Below, piece by piece: positions 47,238-55,477 of a stretch of DNA of 64,000 nucleotides. The stretch is from Spirochaetia bacterium. Lineage in GTDB: Bacteria > Spirochaetota > Spirochaetia > SZUA-6 > Bin103. The notes under the pieces were generated by a model, which saw nothing but the letters and a program-made list of their open reading frames with translations, was not told the DNA's origin and ran no database searches. The translations under genes were made by a program, and so were the position numbers. The stretch lies in assembly GCA_965203515.1 (NCBI GenBank), contig OZ241907.1, positions 3,392,001-3,456,000 of the forward strand. Reading direction: 5' to 3'. The stretch's first letter is position 1; every line of letters starts with the position of its first letter.

Positions 47238-48572
47238 GTGGAACACTACGAGTCGTCCGCTGACTACCTGGCGGCGCTGGAAACGCGCGGCGCCCTGCCG
47301 GCCGGCTTCGGGGTCGCCGCGGCGGCGACCGCCTTCGAGCCGCCGGAGCGGCCGGGCAAGGAGTTGCCGCTGCGCGTCGCGCTGCTGCTGGCCGATCGGC
47401 CGACGCCGGCCTTCGCGGCCACGCTGACCCGCAACGCCCTGCGCGGCGCGCCGGTGCAGGTGGTCGCCGACCTGCTCGACCGGCGCGCGCCGGTGCGGGG
47501 CGTGCTGGTCAACAACGCGGTCTCCAACGTGGGGGTCGCCTCCGGCGTCGACGACGCCATGACCGTGCTGGAACGGCTGGCCGGGGAGGTGGGCGCCGCC
47601 GGGGCCATGAGCGGCGCCGGGCAGGCGTTCGCCCCCGCCTCCACCGGCGTGATCGGCTGGCGGCTGCCGGTCGCGCCGATCTGCGCGGCGCTGCCCGGTC
47701 TGGTGGCCGCCTGCGCGCCCGGCGCCGCGCCGGCCGGCACCGCGCCGACCGGCAGCGTTCTGCCGGCCGCGCGCGCGATCATGACCACGGACCGCTATCC
47801 CAAGGTGCGGAGCCGCCGCGCCGGCGCGGCGACCGTGACCGGCATCGCCAAGGGAGCCGGCATGATCGAGCCGTCGATGGCCACCATGCTGGCGTTCCTG
47901 CTCACCGACGCCGCGGTCGACCGCGGCGCGCTGCAGCGCCTGCTCGACGCGGCGGTGCGGGACAGCTTCAACCGCATCTCGGTCGACGGCGATCAGAGCA
48001 CCAGCGACATGGTGCTGGCGCTCGCCTCGCAGCGCGCCGCGCCGGTGGCGGAGGAGGCGCTCGGCGACGCCATCGCCGGGGTCTGCCGCGACCTGGCCGC
48101 CGACATCGTGCGCAACGGCGAGGGGGTGGAGCACGTGATCCGCGTCGCCGTGCGCGCGCCGGGAACGGACGAGCAGGCGGCGGCGATCGGCAAGGCGGTC
48201 GTCAACTCGCCGCTGGTCAAGACCGCGGTGTTCGGCGACGACCCCAACGTGGGCCGCATCGTCAGCGCCGTGGGCGACCATCTGGGCGGTCTGGCCGGGG
48301 GCTCGGCGCCGCCGCTGGCGGCGGCGGTCGTGCGGCTGGGCGGGATCACCGTGTTCGGCGGCGGCGCGTTCGCCCTGGACGGGGCCAAGGAGGCGGCGCT
48401 CGCCTCCTACCTGCGGGAGCGGCGCATCGACCACACGCTCGACTACCCCCCGCACGACCGCGCGGTGGAGATCGAGATCGACTTCGGCGCCGCCCGCGCG
48501 GCGTCGGCGGTGGTGCTGGGGACCGACCTGTCGCACGGCTACGTGACCGAGAACGCCGACTACCGCTCCTGA
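47238..48572 (+). CDS. argJ: Bifunctional ornithine acetyltransferase/N-acetylglutamate synthase
   Basis: ASTGVIG, AIMTTD, autoproteolysis motif KGAGMIEPSMATML, DGDQSTSD, NSPLVKTA, NADYRS. Confidence 0.95.
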   Translation: MEHYESSADYLAALETRGALPAGFGVAAAATAFEPPERPGKELPLRVALLLADRPTPAFAATLTRNALRGAPVQVVADLLDRRAPVRGVLVNNAVSNVGVASGVDDAMTVLERLAGEVGAAGAMSGAGQAFAPASTGVIGWRLPVAPICAALPGLVAACAPGAAPAGTAPTGSVLPAARAIMTTDRYPKVRSRRAGAATVTGIAKGAGMIEPSMATMLAFLLTDAAVDRGALQRLLDAAVRDSFNRISVDGDQSTSDMVLALASQRAAPVAEEALGDAIAGVCRDLAADIVRNGEGVEHVIRVAVRAPGTDEQAAAIGKAVVNSPLVKTAVFGDDPNVGRIVSAVGDHLGGLAGGSAPPLAAAVVRLGGITVFGGGAFALDGAKEAALASYLRERRIDHTLDYPPHDRAVEIEIDFGAARAASAVVLGTDLSHGYVTENADYRS

Positions 48573-48611
48573 GGCCGGCGCTCCTGAAGGGCGGCGCTCC
48601 TGAGGCCGGCG
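48564..48611. repeat. 15-16 bp tandem repeat x3 spanning the argJ stop codon
   Basis: cgctcctgaggccgg cgctcctgaagggcgg cgctcctgaggccgg. Confidence 0.75.
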
Positions 48612-48622
48612 GGGCGCCGCCG

Positions 48623-48841
48623 TCAGCGCTCGCGGTAGATGATGCGGCCGCGGTTGAGGTCGTAGGGGGACAGCGCCACCTTGACCTGATCGCCCGGCAC
48701 GATGCGGATGTAGTGCTTGCGCATCTTGCCGGACAGGTGGGCCAGGATGCGGTGACCGTTCGGCAGCTCCACCCGGAACATGGTGTTCGGCAGGGACTCC
48801 CGCACGGTTCCCTGCACTTCGATCGCGTCTTCCTTGGCCAC
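48623..48841 (-). CDS. infA: Translation initiation factor IF-1
   Basis: [40 protein letters not shown]...SPYDL.RGRI.YR. Confidence 0.98.
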   Translation of the reverse strand: MAKEDAIEVQGTVRESLPNTMFRVELPNGHRILAHLSGKMRKHYIRIVPGDQVKVALSPYDLNRGRIIYRER

Positions 48842-48853
48842 CGGTCGGCCCGG

Positions 48854-48883
48854 AGTCTACGGAGGGGCGCCGGCCGCTGTCAA
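48854..48883 (-). promoter_or_regulatory. Putative sigma70 promoter of infA
   Basis: Minus strand TTGACA-N18-TAGACT, 12 nt before the GTG. Confidence 0.6.
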
Positions 48884-49138
48884 CCAAGCCCTTGCAAGGG
48901 CGCATTTCCAAGATGCAGGGGTGAGCGTCGGGGCCTGCCAAACAGGTGGCAGCGCCCTTGACAACCCCCCGTCCGGTGTGGTTCGGTTCAAGTGGCGCCG
49001 GCAGGTGACCGACACATAGGGATGTAGTGCCCGCGGGTCGGTTGACACCGGGTAGGTGGTGTCTTCACACTGCGGGCGGACGAAGAGGGGTGAGCGGGCC
49101 GTTGGCTCATGGAGCCCCGAAGCTTTAAGGAGGAAGCA

Positions 49139-50434
49139 ATGCGCAAGATCGCACTTCTAACTGTGCCGTTGGTGATACTCGGCCTCGTCTCGCTCCACGC
49201 GGAGGAGATGGACGCCGGACCGATGGTCGCAGACTCACCCAAGGTTGAGCTGAAGGGCAACTCGACACTGACGTTCGGCATCGACCTGGACACGAATGCC
49301 ACCGGCTTCTCCAACACCGTGGAGACCGACCTCAAGGTGACCCTGATCCCCAAGGCGACCAGCAATTCCGGCATGGACGGCATGGGCGACATCTACGGCT
49401 GGATCGAGTTGAAGGACTACAAGTGGGAAGTGACCTCTGCCGACGGCAGCGGCGCCACCACGGCCCCCTCGATCACCACCAAGCTGTTCGTGGGACCGTT
49501 CTCGATCACGACGTACAACAAGCCGACGATCGAGATCGACTACGTCGATCCCAAGGACGATGACGATAACGACGCCACGGACGTCGATCACGGGTATGGC
49601 GCCGGCGCCGACGGTGGCGGGCTGACCCTGGGCTACAAGCTGGATCCGATCGACCTGAGCGTGGGCGTCATTTCCGAGAACGACTGGAAGGATGACGACG
49701 AATCGGCAGCGGCCCGCACCGACTGTCACGTGCACGACAAGGACGGCAAGATCTCGGATTGCTCGGTGGACCAGGTCGACAGCGACCAGAACACGAAGAA
49801 CGCCTATGCCTTCCTGGGCAAGATCGGCGTGGACATCGGCGATTCGGCCCATGTGGAGATGGCGGCCTCCTACGGCCATGAGTATGACGAGAAGCCGATC
49901 GGCATCGGCGCCAAGGCGACCTTCGACCTCAACGACACCATCCACCCGCACGTCGCCTTCGACGGCGAGATCCCCGAGGGCGGCGCCAACATCCCGTGGG
50001 ACGTCGGGTCCGGCCTCAAGTGGGACCTGTCGGACGACGACAAGAGCTACTTCGAGACCAACCTGATGATGCACATCCCGCAGGAAGGCAACTCGACCCT
50101 GGGCATCTCGGCCACCCTCAAGGAGGGCGATGAGGACAAGGGCGCGCTGGAGAGCCTGGGCGCCACCCTGACGGTCAGTCTCAACGACCTCACCTCCCAG
50201 ACCGGCAAGAACTCGTGGGCAGCGGACGTCGCCGCCCACTACAAGGTGAGCGGGATCAAGCCGTTCTTCGACGTCTCGTTCAGCGACGCGAAGGACGCGA
50301 AGACCAAGTTCACGGCCGGCCTGGAGCTGTCGATGGTCGAGAATCTGGTCACCACGATCCAGTACAAGAGCGACGACATCACCGGCGGCACCGACAGGGG
50401 TGACGTGACCGCTGCGCTGAAGATCTCCTACTAG
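49139..50434 (+). CDS. Major outer sheath protein (Msp/MOSP/Tpr-like) outer-membrane protein
   Basis: Strong SD AAGGAGG; signal peptide; KGNSTLTFGIDLD..TGF.N...L..TL...IYGWIELKD resembles treponemal Msp N-termini; ends KISY. Confidence 0.75.
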   Translation: MRKIALLTVPLVILGLVSLHAEEMDAGPMVADSPKVELKGNSTLTFGIDLDTNATGFSNTVETDLKVTLIPKATSNSGMDGMGDIYGWIELKDYKWEVTSADGSGATTAPSITTKLFVGPFSITTYNKPTIEIDYVDPKDDDDNDATDVDHGYGAGADGGGLTLGYKLDPIDLSVGVISENDWKDDDESAAARTDCHVHDKDGKISDCSVDQVDSDQNTKNAYAFLGKIGVDIGDSAHVEMAASYGHEYDEKPIGIGAKATFDLNDTIHPHVAFDGEIPEGGANIPWDVGSGLKWDLSDDDKSYFETNLMMHIPQEGNSTLGISATLKEGDEDKGALESLGATLTVSLNDLTSQTGKNSWAADVAAHYKVSGIKPFFDVSFSDAKDAKTKFTAGLELSMVENLVTTIQYKSDDITGGTDRGDVTAALKISY

Positions 50435-50458
50435 ACCCCGGTTTCCGTCAGACCGACC

Positions 50459-50488
50459 AAGGGGTGCACCTCAGGGTGCACCCCTTTT
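50459..50488 (+). terminator. Rho-independent terminator after the MOSP-like gene
   Basis: AAGGGGTGCACC-tcag-GGTGCACCCCTT followed by TT. Confidence 0.85.
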
Positions 50489-50633
50489 CCGTTAAGCGCC
50501 CCGCATTGAAGCGGCAGCGCGGCGCGCGGCGTTTCATGGGTACCGAAGGGCGTCCTCCATCCTCCATCCGGCCGGCCGAGTCGTGATGACACCCGGCCCA
50601 CCCGCCGGTAGGATCGGAGCCGGGGGAGACCGG

Positions 50634-51440
50634 ATGGCGCTCGGGGAGATGAACGTGAGCAACGAGTTGATAGGGATCATCCTGGCGGCGGTCGGCCTCG
50701 CCACCGCCATACTCGCCTCCAACAGAGGGCTTCGCAACGAAGTGAAGGCGAGCGAAGGCCGACTTCGCGATGAAATCGCCAAGCTCAGAGGCGACATGAA
50801 GGCCGGCGACGACGCGCTCAGGGACGAAATCAGGGCGCTCAGAGACGACATGAAGGCGGGCGACGCCGGGCTCAGGGACGACATGAAGGCGGGCGACGCC
50901 GCGCTCAGGGACGAAGTGAAGGCGGGCGACGCCGCGCTCAGGGACGAAGTGAAGGCGGGCGACGCCGCGCTCAGGGACGAAGTGAAGGCGGGCGACGCCG
51001 CGCTCAGGGACGAAATCAGGGGGTGTGAAAGCCGGCTCCGCGATGACATGGCCAAGCTCGAAGCCGCGCTCAGAAGCGAAATGAAGGCGGGCGAAGCCGG
51101 GCTCAGGGACGAAATGAAGGCGGGCGAAGCCGGGCTCAGGGACGAAATGAAGGCGGGCGAAGTCGGGCTCAGGGACGAAATGAAGGCGGGCGACGCCGCG
51201 CTCAGGGACGAAGTGAAGGCGAGCGAGGCCCGACTCAGAGGCGAAGTGGAGGCCAGCGAGGCCCGACTCAGAGGCGCAATCGACAAGATCGAAGACGCGG
51301 TCGGCGAGCTCAGAGGCGAAGTGGCGGTCGGCTTCAGGGTATTCGGCGAGCGGCTGTCGAAGGTCGAGGGGGTCATCGAGGGGATGTTCCGGGGCGACCG
51401 CGAACAGGCGCACGACACGCCGGAGGAAGGGGCCGCGTAG
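50634..51440 (+). CDS. Membrane-anchored hendecad-repeat coiled-coil protein (CCDC90/DUF1640-like architecture)
   Basis: N-terminal TM ELIGIILAAVGLATAILA, (M/V)KAGDAALRDE repeats, C-terminal ERLSKVEG. Confidence 0.75.
   Translation: MALGEMNVSNELIGIILAAVGLATAILASNRGLRNEVKASEGRLRDEIAKLRGDMKAGDDALRDEIRALRDDMKAGDAGLRDDMKAGDAALRDEVKAGDAALRDEVKAGDAALRDEVKAGDAALRDEIRGCESRLRDDMAKLEAALRSEMKAGEAGLRDEMKAGEAGLRDEMKAGEVGLRDEMKAGDAALRDEVKASEARLRGEVEASEARLRGAIDKIEDAVGELRGEVAVGFRVFGERLSKVEGVIEGMFRGDREQAHDTPEEGAA
50850..51278 (+). repeat. 33-bp coding tandem repeat, about 13 units
   Basis: Unit (a/g)tgaaggcgggcga(c/a)gcc(g)(c/g)gctcagggacgaa, several identical copies. Confidence 0.92.
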
Positions 51441-51496
51441 CCGGGAGTTCGCGCGCCGGGTCGTTCGGCCGGCGGCCGTTGCGGTAGTATCCGGCC

Positions 51497-53050
51497 ATGC
51501 AGGTGACGATCAGGAGCGGCGACCCGGTCGCCGAGCAGTGCGACGCGATGGTGGTGCCGGTCGCCGCGGAAGCGGCGGTCGCCGAGAACGAGGCGGTCGC
51601 CGAGGATGCGGCGGTCGCCAAGGATGCGGCGGTCGCCAAGGATGCGGCGCTGAGCGGCCCGGCCGCGGCGGTCGACGCGGCGGCCGGAGGCGCCCTCTCG
51701 GCCGTGACGGAGCTGGGCGACTTCCGCGGCAAGGCCGATTCGACCCGTCTGGTGCACGTCGGCGCCGGGCTCGGCACGCGGCGGGTGTTGCTGGTCGGCG
51801 CCGGCAGCGGCGGCGACCCGGCGGAGGACGGGCGCCGGACCGGCGGCGCCGCCATCGGCGGCCTCGCCGGCTTGACCGTCCGCTCGGCGGCCGTGGTGTT
51901 GCCGGCCGGTGCGGACGCCCGGTTCGTGCAGGGGCTGGTCGAGGGGCTGGTCCTCGCCTCCTACCGCTTCGACCGCTACCGGACGCCGGAGGACGATGAG
52001 ACCGCCCCCGTGGAGGCGGTCACGCTGCTCGCCGCCCAGGCATCCGACGCGCGCGATCTGAGCGCGGCCGTCGACCGCGCGTTGATCCTCGGCGAAGCCT
52101 CCTGCCTGGCGCGCGACCTGGTCAACGAGCCGCCCAACCACCTTTCGCCGGCCGCGCTGGCCGACCGCGCCGTGCAGGTGGCGGGCGAGCGCGGCCTGCG
52201 CAGCCTGGTGCTCGGCCCGGCGGAGCTGGCCGAGCAGGGCTTCGGCGCGCTGCTGGGCGTCTCCGCAGGCAGCGCCGCGGAACCGCGCTTCATCGTGCTG
52301 GAGCACGCCGGCCAGGACGCGGGCGCCGCCCCGCTGGTGCTGGTCGGCAAGGGCATCACCTTCGACAGCGGCGGTCTGTCGATCAAGACCGGCAAGGGCA
52401 TGGAGGACATGAAGACCGACATGGCCGGCGCCGCCGCCGTACTCGGCGCCATGCAGGCGATCGGCCGCCTGGGCTGCCGGCAGCGCGTGATCGGCCTGAT
52501 CGCCGCCACGGAGAACATGACCGGACCGCGCGCGCAACGGCCGGGCGACGTGGTGCGCTCTTGTGGCGGCGTCACGATCGAGGTGCTCAACACCGACGCC
52601 GAAGGCCGCCTGGTGCTGTCCGACGCCCTGGGTTACGCGGCCTCCCTGCAACCGGCCGCGGTCGTCGACGCCGCCACCCTGACCGGCGCGGCGATCGTCG
52701 CCCTGGGCCATCACGCCGCCGCGCTGCTCGGCACCGACGAGCCGCTGCTGCGCGCGGTCGAGTCGGCCGCCGCCGCCAGCGGCGAGCGGGTGTGGCGGCT
52801 GCCGCTGTGGGACGTGTACGACAAGCCGCTGAAGAGCAAGGTCGCCGACATCAAGAACATCGGCGACGGCGGCGCCGGCACCATCATCGGCGCCGCGTTC
52901 CTGAAGCGGTTCGTGAGCTACCCGTGGGCGCACCTCGACATCGCCGGCACCTCCTGGGACGTCGAGGACGTGAGCTACCACCCAAGCCGCGCCACCGGCT
53001 ACGGCGCCCGCCTGTTCACCGAGCTGGCCGCGCACTGGCCGTCCCCGTGA
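51497..53050 (+). CDS. pepA: Leucyl aminopeptidase (M17)
   Basis: ARDLVNEP.N, LVGKGITFDSGG, MKTDMAGAA, NTDAEGRLVL.D, ATLTG, WAHLDIAG. Confidence 0.95.
   Translation: MQVTIRSGDPVAEQCDAMVVPVAAEAAVAENEAVAEDAAVAKDAAVAKDAALSGPAAAVDAAAGGALSAVTELGDFRGKADSTRLVHVGAGLGTRRVLLVGAGSGGDPAEDGRRTGGAAIGGLAGLTVRSAAVVLPAGADARFVQGLVEGLVLASYRFDRYRTPEDDETAPVEAVTLLAAQASDARDLSAAVDRALILGEASCLARDLVNEPPNHLSPAALADRAVQVAGERGLRSLVLGPAELAEQGFGALLGVSAGSAAEPRFIVLEHAGQDAGAAPLVLVGKGITFDSGGLSIKTGKGMEDMKTDMAGAAAVLGAMQAIGRLGCRQRVIGLIAATENMTGPRAQRPGDVVRSCGGVTIEVLNTDAEGRLVLSDALGYAASLQPAAVVDAATLTGAAIVALGHHAAALLGTDEPLLRAVESAAAASGERVWRLPLWDVYDKPLKSKVADIKNIGDGGAGTIIGAAFLKRFVSYPWAHLDIAGTSWDVEDVSYHPSRATGYGARLFTELAAHWPSP
51572..51649 (+). 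repeat. 18-bp coding tandem repeat x4 in the pepA N-terminus
   Basis: gcggcggtcgccaaggat-type units encoding AAVAEN/EAVAED/AAVAKD/AAVAKD. Confidence 0.85.
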
Positions 53051-53116
53051 TTTGAAGCGCCGGCGCCGTCCCGTCGTTGTCTTGGGTTGAGACCGATTCA
53101 TCACAGGAGGCAAACG

Positions 53117-53518
53117 ATGAACAACCTCAACTCCGTCTTGCTGGAAGGCAACCTGACGCGCGATCCGGAGCTGCGCTACACCCCCAAGGGGACCGCCGTC
53201 TGCAACTTCTCGATCGCCTGCAACCGCTCCTACAAGCAGGACGAACAGCGGCAGCAGGAGGTGTCGTTCTTCGACATCACCACCTGGTCGCGGCTGGCCG
53301 AGATCTGCGCCGAGTACCTGGTGAAGGGCCGGGGCGTGCGCGTGGTCGGGCGCCTGAAGCAGGACCGGTGGGATGACGACAGCGGCCAGCGGCGGTCCCG
53401 GGTCGGGGTCATCGCCGAGCACGTGGAGTTCAAGCCGCAGCGGCGCGAAGATGCCGAGTCCGCCCCGGAGGCGGAGGCGATGGCTGCCGAACCGGAGCCG
53501 GCGCAGGCGACCGCGTAG
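53117..53518 (+). CDS. ssb: Single-stranded DNA-binding protein
   Basis: SD AGGAGG; MNNLNSVLLEGNLTRDPELRYT, YL.KG..V.VVGRL.Q.RW. Confidence 0.93.
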   Translation: MNNLNSVLLEGNLTRDPELRYTPKGTAVCNFSIACNRSYKQDEQRQQEVSFFDITTWSRLAEICAEYLVKGRGVRVVGRLKQDRWDDDSGQRRSRVGVIAEHVEFKPQRREDAESAPEAEAMAAEPEPAQATA

Positions 53519-53542
53519 CGCTGCTCACCGCCCGCGCGGTCT

Positions 53543-53579
53543 GAGGGGGCCACCGGAGGCCGGTACCGGTGGCCCCCTC
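53543..53579. terminator. 14-bp perfect hairpin after ssb (terminator-like, no U tract)
   Basis: GAGGGGGCCACCGG-N9-CCGGTGGCCCCCTC. Confidence 0.55.
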
Positions 53580-53612
53580 GCCGCGGTAGTATCGGCGCCG
53601 GAGGCGAGGGCG

Positions 53613-54074
53613 ATGACGACACCGGAGAGACCGACCACCGACGCCGGCTACCTGGAGGCCGCCGCGCGCATCATCTTCATGGGCGGGCTGAATCGGCGGG
53701 TGGTCGATGGCAAGTGGGACGGCTTTCGGCAGGCGTTCCATGGCTTCGACGTGGCCGCCGTGGCGGCGATGGGGCCGGCCGACGTGGAGCGGCTCGCGCA
53801 GGACGACCGCGTGATCAAGTACGCGGCCAAGCTGCAGGCGGTGATCGCCAACGCCCGGGAGATGCGGCAGGTCGCCGCCGAGCACGGCAGCTTCGGCGCC
53901 TACCTGGAGTCGGCGGTCGCCGCCGGCGTGCCGGCCGCCTGCACGGCGCTGTCCAGGCGGTTCGCCTACGTTTCCCGGGACGGCGCCCGCAACTGGCTCT
54001 ACTCGACCGGCCATGACGTGGGCCCGGTGACCGACAAGGTCCGCGAGAAGTACGCGCCCTACCGTCCGGCCTGA
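53613..54074 (+). CDS. DNA-3-methyladenine glycosylase I-like protein (short form)
   Basis: D..YLE....IF..GL....V..KW.GF..AF.GFD...VA, IK...K..AVI.NA..M.....EHGSF..Y. Confidence 0.78.
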   Translation: MTTPERPTTDAGYLEAAARIIFMGGLNRRVVDGKWDGFRQAFHGFDVAAVAAMGPADVERLAQDDRVIKYAAKLQAVIANAREMRQVAAEHGSFGAYLESAVAAGVPAACTALSRRFAYVSRDGARNWLYSTGHDVGPVTDKVREKYAPYRPA

Positions 54075-54086
54075 CGCGCGGCCCCG

Positions 54087-55472
54087 GTGACACTCCGCAC
54101 CAAGCTCGGGTACGGCGCCGGCGACCTGGGCGGCAACCTCTTCTTCACGGTCGTCAGCTTCCACCTGCTCATCTTCTTCACCGATACGGTGGGGCTGTCG
54201 CCGGCCCTGACCGGACTGGCGTTCACGGTCGCGCGCCTCTGGGACGCGGTGACCGACCCGTTGATGGGCGTGCTCTCCGACCGCACCCGCACCCGCTGGG
54301 GCCGCCGCCGGCCCTACCTGCTGGCCGGCGCGCCGCTGCTGCTGGCCGGCATCGCCGTGCTGTTCACCGATCCCGGCCTGCGGACGCCGGGAGCGTCGTT
54401 CGTCTGGGCGGCGGTCGTCTACAGCCTGGTGAACACCGCCTACACGGTGGCGTTCATCCCCTACAACTCGCTGACGCCGGACCTCGCCCCGGCCTCGGAT
54501 GAGCGGACCGCGCTGAACGGCTACCGCATGACCTTCGCCGTGATCGGCACGCTGATCGGCGCGGCCGGGTTTCCGGCGCTGGCGGCGGCGCTCGGCCCCG
54601 GCGCGCCCGGCTACGCCGGCGCCGGCCTGATCACCGGCGCGATCGTCTGCGCGGGGCTGCTGGTCACCTTCCTGACGGTCCGCGAACCGCCGCTGCCGGC
54701 GCGTCCCGCGCGCAGCGCCGCCGGCGCCGGCGCTGGCGCTGGCGGCCTGCGGCCGGTGCTGCAGGCGCTCGGCAACCGCGCCTTCCTGCTGGTGCTGATT
54801 CCCTGGACCCTGCACATGGTCGGCATCTCGCTGGTGTCGCCCATGGTCGTCTTCTACTTCAAGTACGTGCACGCCGACGAAGGGCTGTCGCAGATCGCCC
54901 TGGGGGTGCTGCTGATCGCGGCCATGGCGTCGATCGCGGTCTGGGTGCGGGTCGGCCGGCGGTTGGAGAAGCGCACCTGCTACAACCTGGGGATGGTCTG
55001 GTTCTGCGTCTGCCTGCTCGCCGCCGCCGCGTTCGGCCAGCGCAGCGTGCCGCTCACGCTGGTCGTGATCGGCCTGGCCGGCTTCGGCCTGGCCGCCCAC
55101 TACGTGTTTCCGTGGTCGATGCTGCCGGACGCGATCGACGCCGGCGCGGCGGCCTCCGGCCGGCGGGACGAAGGGGTCTACTACGGCCTGTGGACCCTGC
55201 TGCAGAAGGGCGGGCAGGCGCTGGCGCCGCTGCTCATCGGCATCACCCTGACCGCCGGCGGCTACGTGGCCGACGCGGCGCAGACGCCGGCCGCGCTGAC
55301 CGGCATCCGACTGCTGGTGGGGCCGTTCCCGGCGGTCTTCTTTGCCGCCGCGGTGGCGGTCCTCACCGCCTACCCGATCACCCGCGCCGCGCACGCGCAG
55401 CTCGCCGAACGGCTGACGGCGGCGCGCGGCGCGCCGCCCGCCAGCGCGCCGCCGCCCGGCGCTGAGCGGTAG
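54087..55472 (+). CDS. GPH-family (MelB-like) MFS sugar:cation symporter
   Basis: KLGYGAGD, WDAVTDPLMG.LSDRTRTRWGRRRPY, IPYNSL, ER..L...R, 12 TMs. Confidence 0.92.
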   Translation: MTLRTKLGYGAGDLGGNLFFTVVSFHLLIFFTDTVGLSPALTGLAFTVARLWDAVTDPLMGVLSDRTRTRWGRRRPYLLAGAPLLLAGIAVLFTDPGLRTPGASFVWAAVVYSLVNTAYTVAFIPYNSLTPDLAPASDERTALNGYRMTFAVIGTLIGAAGFPALAAALGPGAPGYAGAGLITGAIVCAGLLVTFLTVREPPLPARPARSAAGAGAGAGGLRPVLQALGNRAFLLVLIPWTLHMVGISLVSPMVVFYFKYVHADEGLSQIALGVLLIAAMASIAVWVRVGRRLEKRTCYNLGMVWFCVCLLAAAAFGQRSVPLTLVVIGLAGFGLAAHYVFPWSMLPDAIDAGAAASGRRDEGVYYGLWTLLQKGGQALAPLLIGITLTAGGYVADAAQTPAALTGIRLLVGPFPAVFFAAAVAVLTAYPITRAAHAQLAERLTAARGAPPASAPPPGAER

Positions 55473-55477
55473 GCCGA

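Noticed and set aside
50850..51278. 33-bp repeats as a CRISPR array
   Set aside because: Units are contiguous with no spacers, stay in frame and encode a coiled coil; no cas genes present
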